64,000 nt of DNA, taken from Hypanus sabinus. Taxonomy: Eukaryota. Each line of letters begins with the position of its first letter. The stretch's first letter is position 1. The stretch spans positions 170,500,001 through 170,564,000 of the forward strand of contig NC_082709.1 of assembly GCF_030144855.1 (NCBI RefSeq), written 5' to 3'. The notes below the pieces were generated by a model that was given only the letters and a program-made list of their open reading frames with translations, had not been told where the DNA came from and ran no database searches. The translations under genes and the position numbers were made by a program. Positions 62,711 to 64,000 of this stretch are shown here, one piece after another.

Positions 62711-64000
62711 GGTGAGGAGTTCATTGGCATGGGATGATACCAGATAATACCTAAACCTGCACATCATTTTTCCTTTCCCAAGACTAGACCATTTCCATTA
62801 TTTACTCTCAAAATTGTAGACTGATTCTCCTGTTAGTTTGCAAAACAGTCCCTGTGGACTGATCCCCTTTGACTTTCTCAAAACATTCCCGCAATCTATA
62901 CTAACACCATTTTATATTACAACCACTGTTTTGTGTAATACTCATGCACATACCAAGGAGGAATTATATGACTTCTGGCAAATTTAACTCTGGAATTACA
63001 GACCCTTGTAGATATATTGCTGACTTGGAATTACAAATTAAGTGAGCTCATACTCCATTCCTTTGTTAACATGCAGATCTATCCAATCTAAAGGAGAATA
63101 CACATTAGGAACTCCCAATCAAGGTTCACTGCCAAACCCATCAATTGTATCGGTAAACTTGCTCTTGCAGTTCTGCAGTTTGCTTTTGACACATGGTGGG
63201 TTGCTTTCCCACCAGCCCCATTTTAGTTCTCCAGAACCGAGAAAGGTTCTTTATCTTTTACAGTGCTGTACAGCATAAAAACGCCAGCACAGCCTTCCCT
63301 ACCCTGCTAATGCAAGTGGATGACTGAACATCTCCGAGGTGGAGTGCTGGTAAGTGATTCCACCACCTCCTATTGTTACCCGCTTCAGCATCCAGGGTTC
63401 AGATGCTGAAATTCTCCAGAATATGGATAGCTGGTGTGGCCACTTTAGAGGTCAAGCCCTCTCTGCTAATTGACGGCCATGTTCTGGCACCAGAATTTTC
63501 ATATTTAAAGAACACCTCACCTGAACTTGGGCTTGGTGTGCAATCATCAGCTCAACCTTAGTCCAGTCTGTGATTGTGTTTAGGATTTCTGTCTTGCTTG
63601 GATTCTCATTTAGCATCTAGTCGAGAATCCTGTTCCTGTCTCAATCTTGCAATCGTGTCTTGAGTCTGGCCTCGGATACTCCAGCACTTGGGTCCTTACC
63701 ATCCTCGCCTAGGTCTCACATCACACCTGTGGCACAAGCTCTAGTTGTCAGCCAGCCTCCATTGATTTCCCCTCCGATCGCCTCCTCAGTTTCTCCAGCT
63801 CTGCAACCCCTTTCCTGTTGCTGAAGCACACACTAACCAGAGTCTTGTAGAGCTTCAATAAAACATTCCAATACTCATATCATTTGTCTTAATTAATAAA
63901 GCAGAGCATGCATATTCCTTCTTCACCACCCTAACTACACATGTTGCCACTTTTGGGGATGCATGGACTCCTACCCCTAAGTCTTTCTGTTCATCAACAC

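Noticed and set aside
1-64000. B3GALT5, PCP4 or DSCAM coding exons expected from tetrapod synteny; rRNA, CRISPR or prokaryotic systems
   Set aside because: No matching ORF or motif was seen in either the ORF track or my manual reading.

Overview
Vertebrate nuclear DNA. The repeat families suggest a cartilaginous fish, probably a ray (inference). Most of the window is decayed transposable-element sequence: many CR1 LINE fragments, L1/Tx1-type LINE pieces, Rex1/Babar fragments, Penelope-derived pieces, tRNA-derived SINEs, four Tc1/mariner MITE copies and one solo LTR with an intact 5-bp target-site duplication (TSD). One host gene is clearly present on the minus strand, an IGSF5/JAM4-like tight-junction Ig protein. 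I reconstructed a phase-consistent GT-AG exon chain by hand: candidate signal-peptide exon 39326-39269, Ig1 38437-38123, Ig2 34508-34209, transmembrane 29286-29170, 25-nt micro-exon 28165-28141, cytoplasmic exon 24283-24186. That is 913 nt with no stop. The 3' exons are unresolved, with two competing PDZ-type C-termini. I found no clearly new multi-gene system. The best leads are a Penelope-derived hairpin family carrying hammerhead-ribozyme relics, a three-TIR Tc1 MITE architecture, a tandem-donor micro-exon, and the alternative IGSF5 C-termini. Repeat boundaries are approximate unless a TSD is quoted.
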